From positions 1,632,001-1,696,000 of the forward strand of contig JBMNLH010000001.1 of assembly GCA_050952625.1 (NCBI GenBank): DNA of 64,000 nucleotides, read 5' to 3'. Positions within the stretch are counted from its first letter, which is position 1. Each line of letters opens with the position of its first letter. The position numbers were made by a program, and so were the translations under genes. The DNA is from Bacillota bacterium. Its GTDB lineage: Bacteria > Bacillota > Ch66 > Ch109. The notes beneath the pieces are model-generated. The model was not told the DNA's origin and ran no database searches. It was given only the letters and a program-made list of their open reading frames with translations. Below are positions 41,646 to 51,990 of the stretch, one piece after another.

Positions 41646-42485
41646 CTACTTTAGCTTTACTAGACCTTCTTTTTCAATCAAAGTCTGGCCTTCGGGACTC
41701 AGGATGAAGTCGATAAACATCTTAACTTCACCAGTTGGCTGTGACTTGGTCAGATACAGGAAGGGTCGGCTAATCTGGTAACTGCCGTCCAAAACAGTAG
41801 CCGCGGAGGGCGCTATCCCATCAACTGTTACCTCCTTCACGGATTCATTGAGGCTGGTCAAAGAGACATAGCCGACCGCTTTCGGATTTCCCGCCACCGT
41901 AGTCCTGATCGCCCCGGTCGAATTCTGGACGATAGCACTGGCCTTGATCTTTGTCTCTTTGCCCATAACCAGTTCCTCAAAAGCCCCCCGAGTGCCAGAA
42001 CCCTCTTCGCGGGTTACGACGTCAATTGCCTGATCATCTCCGCCTACTTCTTTCCAGTTAACAATGGTTCCATCGTAGATGCCTTTTATCTGTGCCAGGG
42101 TCAAGTTTTGTGCCTTATTGGCCGGATTAATAACTATGGCTATACCGTCTTTGGCGATAACTGTTTCAACTAGATTTTTTTCTTCTGGTTTCAAATCCCG
42201 AGACGAGCACCCAATATCCGCCGCACCTTCCTGGACCGCCTTAATGCCGGCACTTGACCCGCCGCCCTGAACAAAGATCTTAACTGCCTGGTTTTTATCC
42301 ATGTAGGCTTGTGCCAGGACCTCAGAAATGGGCTGAACCGAAGTAGAACCGGAAATATTAATCGTGGTTACTTTTTGTAGTTCTGATTTTTGAGCATCCC
42401 CTGTTCCCCGGCACCCATTCAGCATCATAGTCGCAAAAACCAATATAAGCGTCGGAACACCCAGCCTCATTAGTTTTCTAATCAT
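41646..42485 (-). CDS. pstS: Phosphate ABC transporter substrate-binding lipoprotein
   Basis: Lipobox LNGC; SGSTSV, GGGSSAG, REEGSGTR. Confidence 0.92.
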   Translation of the reverse strand: MIRKLMRLGVPTLILVFATMMLNGCRGTGDAQKSELQKVTTINISGSTSVQPISEVLAQAYMDKNQAVKIFVQGGGSSAGIKAVQEGAADIGCSSRDLKPEEKNLVETVIAKDGIAIVINPANKAQNLTLAQIKGIYDGTIVNWKEVGGDDQAIDVVTREEGSGTRGAFEELVMGKETKIKASAIVQNSTGAIRTTVAGNPKAVGYVSLTSLNESVKEVTVDGIAPSAATVLDGSYQISRPFLYLTKSQPTGEVKMFIDFILSPEGQTLIEKEGLVKLK

Positions 42486-42634
42486 TTTGTTAACCTCCCT
42501 CTCAAAATCTAACTTTCTTGTCTCTCTAATTAACTGCCGTTCGCATCCTTCAAAATAATAAAGAAACGGGCATTAAAATTACGATACATAAAAGATGTTG
42601 CTAGATTATGGGGTTCAATCTCCTAATTTCTAAA

Positions 42635-43303
42635 TTAAAACATATGGTCATCGTTCAAATCTTTTCTTTCACCGGTGACTAAGTATATGGTCCATTCACC
42701 AAGATTCGTAACGTGGTCCGCTACCCTTTCCAGAAATAAAGCCACCAGCAAAAGATAAAGAGCCTGGCGACTGGTCTTGGCATCCCGGGTCATAAACTCC
42801 AACAGGTCATGAAAAACTTGATCGTACAACCGGTCTACTTCTTTTTCCTTTTCCACCAGGGCGTTGCACAGATCAACATTTCGGTCAATGTAGGCGGTCA
42901 AGCCAACCCGCACCATCTCTTGAGTCAATTTGGCCATTTTGGGAATATCAATAAGCGGCTTAATTAACGGTTCGTGACCAATCGCCTGAGTAGCCCGGGC
43001 AATGTCCACCGCGTGATCCGCCATCCGTTCCAGATCCGTCACAATTTTCAAGGCGGTCCCAATCATCCTTAAATCACTGGCCATGGGCTGCTGTAACGCC
43101 AACATCGCCAGGCACTTATCTTCTATTTGTAATTGAAGATCATCTACCAGGTCATCCTCCGCAATCACTTTTTCTGCCAGTTCCATATCTTGTTCCTGCA
43201 GTGCCTTGACGGAACAGGCAATCGCATTTTCGACCAGGGTTCCCATTCGAAGAACCTCTGCTTGTAAGGCCTCAAGTTCTAGATGAAAGACATCCCTTGC
43301 CAT
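42635..43303 (-). CDS. phoU: Phosphate signalling protein PhoU
   Basis: QQPMASDLR, DLERMADH, LERVADH. Confidence 0.95.
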   Translation of the reverse strand: MARDVFHLELEALQAEVLRMGTLVENAIACSVKALQEQDMELAEKVIAEDDLVDDLQLQIEDKCLAMLALQQPMASDLRMIGTALKIVTDLERMADHAVDIARATQAIGHEPLIKPLIDIPKMAKLTQEMVRVGLTAYIDRNVDLCNALVEKEKEVDRLYDQVFHDLLEFMTRDAKTSRQALYLLLVALFLERVADHVTNLGEWTIYLVTGERKDLNDDHMF

Positions 43304-43329
43304 TTAATCACCTCCTATCAGGAATCGGT

Positions 43330-44238
43330 TTAACCAAATCGCCCAGTTACATAATCTTCGGTCCTTTTATCTGCCGGCTGGGTGAACAGACGTTTTGTCG
43401 GCCCGTATTCCACCAGGTCACCACTTAGAAAAAAGGCGGTATAATCAGAAATTCTGGCGGCCTGCTGCAGGTTGTGGGTCACAATAACAATAGTGTACTG
43501 GTCCTTCAGTTCATGAATCAAGTCTTCCAGCTTGGCAGTGGAAATCGGGTCCAGTGCCGATGCCGGCTCATCCATGAGTAACACCTCTGGCTGCACGGCT
43601 AATACCCGGGCAATTATCAGCCGTTGCTGTTGGCCACCAGATAGCTGCAGGGCGGAAGTGTTCAATCGATCTTTAACCTCATCCCAGAGGGATGCTTCCC
43701 GCAGACTTTTTTCCACCAATTCGTCAAGCTTGCCCTTATGCTTTAAGCCATGCGCCCGCGGTCCATAGGCGACGTTGTCGTAGATAGACATAGGAAAAGG
43801 ACACGGCCGCTGGAAAACCATCCCGACCCGCTTTCTTAACTCCACGGGATCAGTGTGGTCTGAGTAGATCTCCTCGCCATCCAGATATACCTTTCCCTCC
43901 AAATGAGTACCGGTTATCAAGTCATTCATCCGATTCAACGTGCGTAAAAAACTGGATTTACCGCAGCCGGATGGACCAATAAGCGCGGTTACCCGGTGCT
44001 GCACTAAGGGTAAAGAAATGTCGCGTAAAGCCAGAAAATCCTGATAGTACAAGTGCAGGTTGGTACATTCCATTTTATTAACCAGGGCCGCCGCATCGGC
44101 ATCCGACTCATTAACGTTATTTACCGCTAATTTAATCTTGCCGACAGATTGGCCTTCGTTTGACGGTTTTCTTCTGAGTAAAACTGGGCTTATTACTTCA
44201 GCACCGGATTTGGCCAGCGAAAAAAACATGTGTCGCAC
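43330..44238 (-). CDS. pstB: Phosphate ABC transporter ATPase
   Basis: [33 protein letters not shown]. Confidence 0.95.
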   Translation of the reverse strand: MRHMFFSLAKSGAEVISPVLLRRKPSNEGQSVGKIKLAVNNVNESDADAAALVNKMECTNLHLYYQDFLALRDISLPLVQHRVTALIGPSGCGKSSFLRTLNRMNDLITGTHLEGKVYLDGEEIYSDHTDPVELRKRVGMVFQRPCPFPMSIYDNVAYGPRAHGLKHKGKLDELVEKSLREASLWDEVKDRLNTSALQLSGGQQQRLIIARVLAVQPEVLLMDEPASALDPISTAKLEDLIHELKDQYTIVIVTHNLQQAARISDYTAFFLSGDLVEYGPTKRLFTQPADKRTEDYVTGRFG

Positions 44239-44255
44239 CTCTTTTCATCATCAAC

Positions 44256-45095
44256 TTAAACTTCAGTCTGGCCGGTTAACCGAGTCATCAAGCGACCAGA
44301 AATCAGGTTTATTATCAGGACTAAAATTACCAGGACTGTGGCACTGGCATAGGCTTTTTCCAAAGAAATACCTTCTGAGGCCAGGACATACAGGTGGACT
44401 GACAGGGTTCGCGCGGGATCAAAAATAGATAGCGGCATTCCCAGGGCGCTTCCGGCAGTTAGCAGGACCGCCGCAGTCTCACCTACCGCCCGGCCGATTC
44501 CTAAAACTACCCCAGCGGCAATTCCCGGGATGGCAGCGGGAAGCACCACCTTACGAATGGTGTACCATTTATTAGCCCCCAAGGCCAGGCTGCCTTCACG
44601 ATAAGAAACCGGGACCATTTTTATAGCCTCTTCCGACGCCCTGATTAAAGTAGGTAAAATCATCAGTGCCAGGGTCAATCCCCCGGATAACACGGACCAA
44701 CCTAATCCCCAGGTTAGGACAAATAGCACAAAACCAAATAACCCAAAGATAATCGACGGAACCGCTGCCAACGACTCCGTGCCGAAACGAATCACGCTTA
44801 CCAATCGTTCGGAGGCAACATATTCGGTTAAATAGATGGCCGTTCCGACGCCCAGTGGTATGGCGATTCCCAGGGAAACTATAGTCAGGTAAACCGTCCC
44901 CAATATGGCGGGAAGGATCCCGCCTTCTTTACCCATCTGCCGCGGTGCTTCCAGTAAAAAACTCAGGTTTATCGAACTGATCCCATTGCTGACGATATGC
45001 CATATAATACCGATTAGCACCAACAGGGTCAGCCCCGCCATGATCCAATGCAAACCCTTAATTAAACCCTCTTCCAGCCGTGCTGCCATTCTCAT
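44256..45095 (-). CDS. pstA: Phosphate ABC transporter permease
   Basis: VPSIIFGLFG, GRAVGETA. Confidence 0.93.
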   Translation of the reverse strand: MRMAARLEEGLIKGLHWIMAGLTLLVLIGIIWHIVSNGISSINLSFLLEAPRQMGKEGGILPAILGTVYLTIVSLGIAIPLGVGTAIYLTEYVASERLVSVIRFGTESLAAVPSIIFGLFGFVLFVLTWGLGWSVLSGGLTLALMILPTLIRASEEAIKMVPVSYREGSLALGANKWYTIRKVVLPAAIPGIAAGVVLGIGRAVGETAAVLLTAGSALGMPLSIFDPARTLSVHLYVLASEGISLEKAYASATVLVILVLIINLISGRLMTRLTGQTEV

Positions 45096-45958
45096 GCCTG
45101 ACCCACCTTTCTCCGCATAACAAACTGCATAATTAGATTAAGCAGCATAACAAAAAAGAACAGAACAATTCCGGTGGCAAAAAGGGCTTGTTGATGTACC
45201 CCAGAAGCATAAGACATCTCCATCACTACATTACCGGTTAAGGTTCGGATAGGATCTGAAAGAGCGTGAGGCACAAGTGCCACGTTGCCGGTCACCATAA
45301 TTACGGCCATCGTTTCCCCAATTGCCCGGCCCATTCCCAGGATAATTGCCGCCAGAATTCCGGAACGAGCAACCGGCAGGAAAATCCATTTAATGGTTTG
45401 CCAGTGATTGGCCCCGAGGGCCAGTGAGCCTTCTTTGAATTCTCTGGGCACCGCCCGCAGGGAGGTTTCGGATAAACTTAAAATAGTCGGCAAAATCATA
45501 ATTCCCAGGATAATAGAACCGGCGACAACACTGAAACCTGAACCCCCAAGGTATTGGCGCAGCAAGGGGACAATTACCACCAGGCCATAAAAACCGTACA
45601 CCACCGAAGGAATCCCGGCTAACAATTCAACCGCCGGCCGAATAATCCTGGCTGCTTGGCTTGGAGCCATTTCTGCCAGGAAGATAGCCCCCATTACTCC
45701 TAAAGGGACTCCAATAATCAAGGCGCCCAGGGTTATCAGCACAGAGCCCACAATCATTGGCCAGATCCCAAAACTCCCGCCAGCAGGCTGCCATTCCTGA
45801 CCCAGCACAAAATTCAAAATACCTACTTGTTTCAAGGCTGGGTAGCCGGCACTTACCACAAACCAGGTGATCAGGGTAATGGCTACTATGGTCAATAAAG
45901 CGATAATCAGTAAACTCTTTTCCACCACGAACTCAGACCATTGTCCTTGTAAACGCAT
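45092..45958 (-). CDS. pstC: Phosphate ABC transporter permease
   Basis: ELLAGIPSVVYG, GRAIGETMAV; start reassigned to 45958. Confidence 0.93.
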   Translation of the reverse strand: MRLQGQWSEFVVEKSLLIIALLTIVAITLITWFVVSAGYPALKQVGILNFVLGQEWQPAGGSFGIWPMIVGSVLITLGALIIGVPLGVMGAIFLAEMAPSQAARIIRPAVELLAGIPSVVYGFYGLVVIVPLLRQYLGGSGFSVVAGSIILGIMILPTILSLSETSLRAVPREFKEGSLALGANHWQTIKWIFLPVARSGILAAIILGMGRAIGETMAVIMVTGNVALVPHALSDPIRTLTGNVVMEMSYASGVHQQALFATGIVLFFFVMLLNLIMQFVMRRKVGQA

Positions 45959-45980
45959 GCGAATTCCCTCCCTGCTAATC

Positions 45981-46034
45981 AGTATAGAAAGGCAGTGTGT
46001 ATACAATATGAAAGAAATGTAACAGTTGTGTAAC
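45981..46034 (-). promoter_or_regulatory. PHO box and -10 element upstream of pstC
   Basis: Minus strand GTTACACAACT GTTACATTTCT TTCATATTGTA TACAC with 11-bp periodicity, then TATACT. Confidence 0.7.
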
Positions 46035-46125
46035 GGTCCGCATCAATATAATCTACATAAAAAAAACAACCCTGAATTAGCACAGGATTGCGGGCAATCT
46101 TCACAAATAATTCATCCGAATTGTT

Positions 46126-48018
46126 TCACGCATTGCGCTTAGCCAATTTGAGGGTAAAACTGAAACACGTCCCCTTATTCATTCCTTTTTGGTCTCCGTC
46201 CCTTACCTCAATCGTGGCCGCATGTGCTTCTAAAATGTGTTTGACAATGGATAATCCTAAGCCAGTGCCGCCTACTTTTCGGCTCCGGGCTTTATCAACA
46301 CGATAAAAGCGTTCGAAAATTCGTTTTCGTTCCTCGGGACCGATCCCGATTCCCGTATCGCAAACCTCGATCCTGGCTCCCTCTGCCATTTCCTCAACCT
46401 TCAAAGTTATTAATCCACCAGGCGAAGTATATTTAATCGCATTATCAACTAGATTATCTATCACTTGTTCAAGGCGATAGGGATCGCCTAATACCCAGAC
46501 TTCTTTTGTAGGCAGATCAAGGATCAGTTGGTGCTCTTGGGCTTGCAAAGCTGGCCCAAATTTATTTCCAACATGTTTAATAAAAGCAGTTATTTCAAAA
46601 GGTTCTATTTTAATTGAATCCGGTTGTGACTCAATTTTAGAAAGCAGTAGTAAATCATTAACGATCGCCGTTAACCGATCCGTTTCTTGATAGATTATCC
46701 GGACAAATTCCTCAGCCACCTGTCGTTCATCCAGAGCTCCTTCTAGCAAAGTCTCGGCAAATCCCTTAACCGAGGTAATCGGAGTCTTTAATTCATGGGA
46801 GACATTCGCCACAAAGTCGCTCCGAATCCGCTCCAGACGTCTGAGCTCGGTTATATCGTGCAGCACTACAACCAACCCAAGGTTCTGCCCCTGGCTGGTT
46901 ATCGGCGAAAGATTTACCTCGATAACCTTTTCCGTCGGAGTCAATATTTGGATTTCCTCTCGTCGCGGCTCACGAGACACCATAACCTCATCAATTAGAG
47001 AGGAAAGCAGGAAATGGCGAATAACCACCGAATAAGGTTTGTCTGTATATGATGGTTCGGAAACATTACTGTGCCTTATATTAATTTTGTTATCTAAACT
47101 ATTAATAGCTTCCAAAGTTACGGTCGATTTGTTTCCTCGTTCTATTGATAGAATTCTCAAGGCCGCGGGATTGATCAGGTCGACCTTCCCGGCCTGACCC
47201 ACAAAGATAACCCCGCTAACCATATTGTTTAGCACCGATTCTAATCGAGTTTTACCGGTCGAAACCTCCTCGAGCATGTTCTTCAACGTTAGGGCCATAT
47301 GATTGAGGGATTCCGCCAGAATTCCCAGTTCGTCACTACCAGTTGAATAATGCCTTGACGTAAAATCACCTTGGGATATTTCTCGAGCAGTCCGGATCAT
47401 TTCTTCAATCGGCCGGGTGGTTCGACGGGCTAAAACCAATCCGAGCAGTCCGGCAACCAATAAGCCTAAAACGGAGGAAGCAAGGATCATCCGCCAAAGT
47501 TGGTGAATGGTTTGCTCTACCTCGGTCAAAGGAATAGCCAGCCTAACAAAGCCCTGGACAATATCTTTCGTCTTAACCGGTATTGAAACATACAGCATAT
47601 TATTGCCTAGTGTGTGGCTTTGTCGAATTACCCAACCTTCGCCTTGCTTCAAGGCATCAATTATTTCGGGACGATTCAAATGATTTTCCATGGTCTGGGG
47701 GTCTTCTGCAGAATCACCCCACACTACGCCATTCTGATCGACAATGGTAACCCGGGTCCCGGTTTTTACCTTGGTCGTTTCTGCCAAAGACTGGGCAAAT
47801 TGATTAAAGCCAGAAACCTTATTTTGATTTTCAGTCTTAATTACATTATTCTCCATCATCTGGGCAATTAAACGGGCCTCAATCAACATTTGGGTTCGCA
47901 GATTATCCAGGAAATAATTTTCGAGACTACGCATCAAAAAGGTACCTAAAACCAGCATCGAGGAAATGACTAGCATCACGTAGGTAAAAGATATCTTCCA
48001 GCGCAGACTTCTAAACAT
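46126..48018 (-). CDS. phoR: Phosphate-regulon sensor histidine kinase
   Basis: Two TM, HAMP, PAS, FVANVSHELKTP, NLVDNAIKY, GGTGLGL; next to pst genes. Confidence 0.9.
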   Translation of the reverse strand: MFRSLRWKISFTYVMLVISSMLVLGTFLMRSLENYFLDNLRTQMLIEARLIAQMMENNVIKTENQNKVSGFNQFAQSLAETTKVKTGTRVTIVDQNGVVWGDSAEDPQTMENHLNRPEIIDALKQGEGWVIRQSHTLGNNMLYVSIPVKTKDIVQGFVRLAIPLTEVEQTIHQLWRMILASSVLGLLVAGLLGLVLARRTTRPIEEMIRTAREISQGDFTSRHYSTGSDELGILAESLNHMALTLKNMLEEVSTGKTRLESVLNNMVSGVIFVGQAGKVDLINPAALRILSIERGNKSTVTLEAINSLDNKINIRHSNVSEPSYTDKPYSVVIRHFLLSSLIDEVMVSREPRREEIQILTPTEKVIEVNLSPITSQGQNLGLVVVLHDITELRRLERIRSDFVANVSHELKTPITSVKGFAETLLEGALDERQVAEEFVRIIYQETDRLTAIVNDLLLLSKIESQPDSIKIEPFEITAFIKHVGNKFGPALQAQEHQLILDLPTKEVWVLGDPYRLEQVIDNLVDNAIKYTSPGGLITLKVEEMAEGARIEVCDTGIGIGPEERKRIFERFYRVDKARSRKVGGTGLGLSIVKHILEAHAATIEVRDGDQKGMNKGTCFSFTLKLAKRNA

Positions 48019-48020
48019 TA

Positions 48021-48716
48021 CTATTTCTCCTTTAATCGGTAACCAATACCGCGAACAGTTTCAATGTAAATTGGACTTTTGGGGTCAAGCTCAATCTTAT
48101 CCCGCAGACGACTTATGTGCACATCGACAATCCGAGTATCGCCAGAAAACTCGTAATCCCATACTTTGTCCAATAATACATCTCGGGTTAAAACCCGTCC
48201 GACATTACGCATCAAGAAACGCAAGAGTTCAAATTCCTTGGGAGTAAGGGTAATTACTTCACCGCGAACTCGCACCTCGTAACGTTGAAGATCTATGGAA
48301 AGATCACGAATAGCCATTATTTCTGATTTCTGCCCCTGGTCATTTTCTTGATCAGAACGGCGTAAGATCGCTTTAACTCTGGCCACCAGTTCCCGGGGGC
48401 TAAAAGGCTTGGTTACATAATCATCAGCCCCTAATTCTAAACCAAGTACCTTGTCAATCTCGGTGTCGCGGGCGGTTAACATGATTATTGGAACCCGAAT
48501 GTTTTCCTGACGCAACCGACGGCAGACCTCCAAACCATCAATCGAAGGCAGCATTATGTCGAGAATCAACAGGTCAGGAGAATTTCGTTTAACTTGTTCC
48601 AAAGCAGATAAACCATCGTCTGCGGTGATTACGCAAAACCCTTCTTTCTCCAGGTTGTATGAAACTAATCGAACGATTGTCTCTTCGTCATCAACGACCA
48701 ATATCCGTTTCCCCAA
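48021..48716 (-). CDS. phoP: OmpR-family response regulator
   Basis: LDIMLP, GADDYVTKPF, IETVRGIGY; upstream of phoR and pst. Confidence 0.9.
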   Translation of the reverse strand: MGKRILVVDDEETIVRLVSYNLEKEGFCVITADDGLSALEQVKRNSPDLLILDIMLPSIDGLEVCRRLRQENIRVPIIMLTARDTEIDKVLGLELGADDYVTKPFSPRELVARVKAILRRSDQENDQGQKSEIMAIRDLSIDLQRYEVRVRGEVITLTPKEFELLRFLMRNVGRVLTRDVLLDKVWDYEFSGDTRIVDVHISRLRDKIELDPKSPIYIETVRGIGYRLKEK

Positions 48717-48783
48717 GTTTCTGCCCCCTTACTGGTTTTAAATCATGCCTACGGTTTGGTGTTTGAACAAAAATAATCCCCTT

Positions 48784-48918
48784 TTAGAAATATTTAATTT
48801 TCTTTGGAATAACCCCTCTAACGCTGCCCCTGGGGTCTTCCATATCTCCAGAATACCTTGGTATTAGATGCACATGAACGTGAGATATTGTCTGACCCGC
48901 GGCGTTACCGCAATTAAC
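48784..48918 (-). pseudogene. HIT-family hydrolase C-terminal fragment
   Basis: VNCGNAAGQTISHVHVHLIPRYSGDMEDPRGSVRGVIP (histidine triad HxHxH); no start. Confidence 0.8.
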
Positions 48919-49014
48919 CTTCAACCCTAAAAATGGTAAATCGACGCCGCAGACGGGCTTTGTTGGAGAATCTTGATAAACTTCAACGCAAGGCCTCCAC
49001 GAATTGGACCTTGG

Positions 49015-50235
49015 CTAACCATAATTTAAGTGCTTGCTCTTCATAATGATCTTTTCCTCAGATTTTACTGTTCTGCCATGCAATAAATAATACAATAACA
49101 GACTTACTGCCACAATAATTGCCACGCCCATATACATTTCTCTGTAACTAGTGAAAAAAATAACTAATCCAAATATCAAAGGTCCGATTCCCATCCCTAC
49201 GTCTGCTAACATGAAGAATGTAGAAGTTGCTAATCCCATTCGGTGCGGTTCAGTCGCCTTAACGGCAATAGCTTGACCACTAGACTGTATAGCTCCGTAC
49301 CCCAGGCCAATAAGTGCCCCCGCCAATAAAATCATATAACCGTAATGAGCTTGACTAAAGGTGATCATCCCAATCATAAATATTAAAATTGCTGAGTACA
49401 TTATTAAATTTTCGCCCTTCGAGTCAAACAGTCGCCCAACAACCGGCCTTGAAAAAAAGATTACTGCTGCGAATACTACATAAAAGAAACTGGCGGCACC
49501 CATCAAATTAATTTCTTTTGAATATACGGAAAGGAAAGAAATAACACTGGAATAACAAAAGAAAATAACCATACAAACCACGGAAATCGGAATGACCTTG
49601 GGTTCAAAGAAATTACTCAATTTGAATTCCTTCAATTCCGCTAATTGCTCTCTTGTTAATCTCTCATCCCCGGTAGATAAGAATAATGCAATCACAATGT
49701 TAAATGCCGAAACAATTGTACAGGCGGCAAAAATCATGCTGTAGCTGCCATGCTGACTGAAGAACATTCCTATGAATGGACCGATAGCCGATGCAACCGT
49801 TACACTCAGACCGAAATATCCGATACCTTCGCCGCACCTGATCTTAGGAATAATATTCGCAACAATTGTCCCCGTTGCTGTACTGGCAATGCCAAATGAT
49901 ATGCCATGAAGAAACCGAATAACTAGTAGAAGCATCACACTGTTAGCTACAAAATATAAGGACGTCGTAGCTAAACCTAAAATTAATCCTGTATAAAGTG
50001 TGTTTTGTTGACCTATAATTCCAATCCATTTTCCTGAAAGCAGACGGGCAATGAGTGCGCCAAATATAAAAATCCCGGCAGCAAGACCCGCTTCACTTGG
50101 CAATGCTTTAAATTTATTCATGGCAAATTCAGAAATTATTATCATCAATAGATAAAAATTTAAAGCAATGGAGAAATTTACCAAAGAAATAATTACAAAA
50201 TCTTTAGTCCATAACCCTATTTTTTCCAAATTCAT
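49015..50235 (-). CDS. MFS transporter
   Basis: About 12 TM segments, RFLHG, GEGIGYF, GRLFDSKG. Confidence 0.88.
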   Translation of the reverse strand: MNLEKIGLWTKDFVIISLVNFSIALNFYLLMIIISEFAMNKFKALPSEAGLAAGIFIFGALIARLLSGKWIGIIGQQNTLYTGLILGLATTSLYFVANSVMLLLVIRFLHGISFGIASTATGTIVANIIPKIRCGEGIGYFGLSVTVASAIGPFIGMFFSQHGSYSMIFAACTIVSAFNIVIALFLSTGDERLTREQLAELKEFKLSNFFEPKVIPISVVCMVIFFCYSSVISFLSVYSKEINLMGAASFFYVVFAAVIFFSRPVVGRLFDSKGENLIMYSAILIFMIGMITFSQAHYGYMILLAGALIGLGYGAIQSSGQAIAVKATEPHRMGLATSTFFMLADVGMGIGPLIFGLVIFFTSYREMYMGVAIIVAVSLLLYYLLHGRTVKSEEKIIMKSKHLNYG

Positions 50236-50266
50236 ACCATCTCTCTATAAATTTTCTTTTAAGGAA

Positions 50267-50488
50267 TCATCTCTTCGTGCCTTGTCGTCCAAAGCCATCA
50301 CCGTACTTAATCGAATGGAGCTAGCCACCGGTTGCCCAGTTATCTCGCGGGTATTCGTCAATTACTACGGTTATCCAATCCATATCCACATCCAGTATTT
50401 TGGCAACTTCGCGAGTGATGGCCTCAACAAGCTGCTGTTTTTGTTCAGCTGAACGGCCATGAGCCATCTTAACGTTAATAAAGGGCAT
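50267..50488 (-). CDS. 4-oxalocrotonate tautomerase family protein with in-frame TAG at codon 56
   Basis: MPFINVKMAHGRSAEQKQQLVEAIT..NWATGG*LHSIKYGDGFGRQGTKR; catalytic Pro1; AGGAGG RBS; missed by the ORF track. Confidence 0.8.
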
Positions 50489-50620
50489 ATTACGATTGGA
50501 CCTCCTATGAAGAATTTTATAATTATGTTATTGATGTTTTTCTTGAAAATCCTGCCTAGCTTTGTAGTTGTTTATAAACTAATAATGCCAGGCATTTTTA
50601 TTTAACACCGCCCTTAGGTA

Positions 50621-50649
50621 TTGACAAATATTTATTTTTATGTTATATT
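50621..50649 (+). promoter_or_regulatory. Sigma-A promoter for the methyltransferase
   Basis: TTGACA-17 bp-TATATT. Confidence 0.6.
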
Positions 50650-50750
50650 AAATTTTTATATACATTGACTTAGATAATAAATTTGGTATACTTCTTTTTA
50701 GAATAGTAGCCTGATGAATTAAAAACACTATTTAAAAAGGAGGATTATCA

Positions 50751-51683
50751 ATGGAAGAAAATCAGATCAGCCTTACCGCGATAATGAGTGCCTACATTCG
50801 AGCCTTCCATGCTATGTACGATACCCCCAAGATCTTTGATGACTTTCTAGCCTATAGTTTTATTCCTCAAGAACGGCGAACGATTATAGAACAAGCCCTA
50901 GTGAAATCGCTTCAATTAAAAGATCCTGAACGCGCTGCATTATGCCCTGATCAAGCAACCGCTTTAGCCTGGGCAATCCGCACTATGACTGGTCCAGCCA
51001 CCACTCTTAGCCGTTCTCGCTATACAGAAGATAATCTTAAAAAAGCGATCAGTAAGGGTATACGGCAGTATGTAATCCTAGGGGCCGGGCTGGATACCTT
51101 TACCTTTCGCTACCCGACATTGACTGAGCAACTTCAGGTATTCGAGGTTGACCATCCCGCTACACAGACCTTTAAGCGCAGTCGATTGGCTGAGTTAGGT
51201 TGGGAACTTCCGGCCCAACTACACTTTGTTCCATTCGATTTTAGAAAGGATAATCTAACAACAGCGCTCACCGCATCAGGTTATGATCCGCAGGTTAAAA
51301 GCTTCTTTAGCTGGCTTGGTGTAACCATGTACTTAACCCGCGCTGAAATTTTCGCAACACTGCGTTCCATTGCCAGCATCGCTCCAGCGGGGAGTATGGT
51401 TATTTTAGATTACCTAAATATTGAGGCGTTTATACCCGAAAAATTGACTCCTCGTGGTCGGGAAATGTTATTATTATCACAACAGGCGGGTGAGCAAATG
51501 AAAACAGGCTTCGATCCTGTAACGCTGGCCGCAGACCTAAAAAGCTTAGGATTCCATCTTCATGAAAACTTAAGCCCAGCAGACATCCAAGAACTCTATT
51601 TTCAAGGGCGAACGGATGGCTATTATGCATCTGAACATTTACACTTTGCATGGGCAGTAGTTGAAGCTCCGCCACGTTTTTAA
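50751..51683 (+). CDS. SAM-dependent methyltransferase (LCM/TIGR00027-like)
   Basis: QYVILGAGLDT, FEVDHPATQ, WLGVTMYL. Confidence 0.88.
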   Translation: MEENQISLTAIMSAYIRAFHAMYDTPKIFDDFLAYSFIPQERRTIIEQALVKSLQLKDPERAALCPDQATALAWAIRTMTGPATTLSRSRYTEDNLKKAISKGIRQYVILGAGLDTFTFRYPTLTEQLQVFEVDHPATQTFKRSRLAELGWELPAQLHFVPFDFRKDNLTTALTASGYDPQVKSFFSWLGVTMYLTRAEIFATLRSIASIAPAGSMVILDYLNIEAFIPEKLTPRGREMLLLSQQAGEQMKTGFDPVTLAADLKSLGFHLHENLSPADIQELYFQGRTDGYYASEHLHFAWAVVEAPPRF

Positions 51684-51699
51684 AATGTTCTAGGGGGGG

Positions 51700-51990
51700 T
51701 TAAATAGTAAGCAATTCTCCCAACCTTTCAATTAAATTATCGAGTTTTAGTTTCCACTCTAAGTTTGTTAATACCAGCTTAAACGTTGTCTTTCCGACTA
51801 CACCCTTAAGATAAAAGTCCTTATTCATTAACCTAAAAAAAGGTATAGGTAAATTCTCAAACAATTCTAGTTTTCCCATTACTGTCAGTTGACGAACGTT
51901 ACTAAGGGTTAACGGAGAATCTAGGGCAACTTCATAGATAAATGCCCCATCCAAGCAGTCTTCAACAACTGTCAGCTTGAGGATCTTCAT
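51700..51990 (-). CDS. Small hypothetical protein coupled to the cysteine desulfurase
   Basis: ATGA overlap at 51987-51990; MKILKLTVVEDCLDG, single Cys. Confidence 0.65.
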   Translation of the reverse strand: MKILKLTVVEDCLDGAFIYEVALDSPLTLSNVRQLTVMGKLELFENLPIPFFRLMNKDFYLKGVVGKTTFKLVLTNLEWKLKLDNLIERLGELLTI

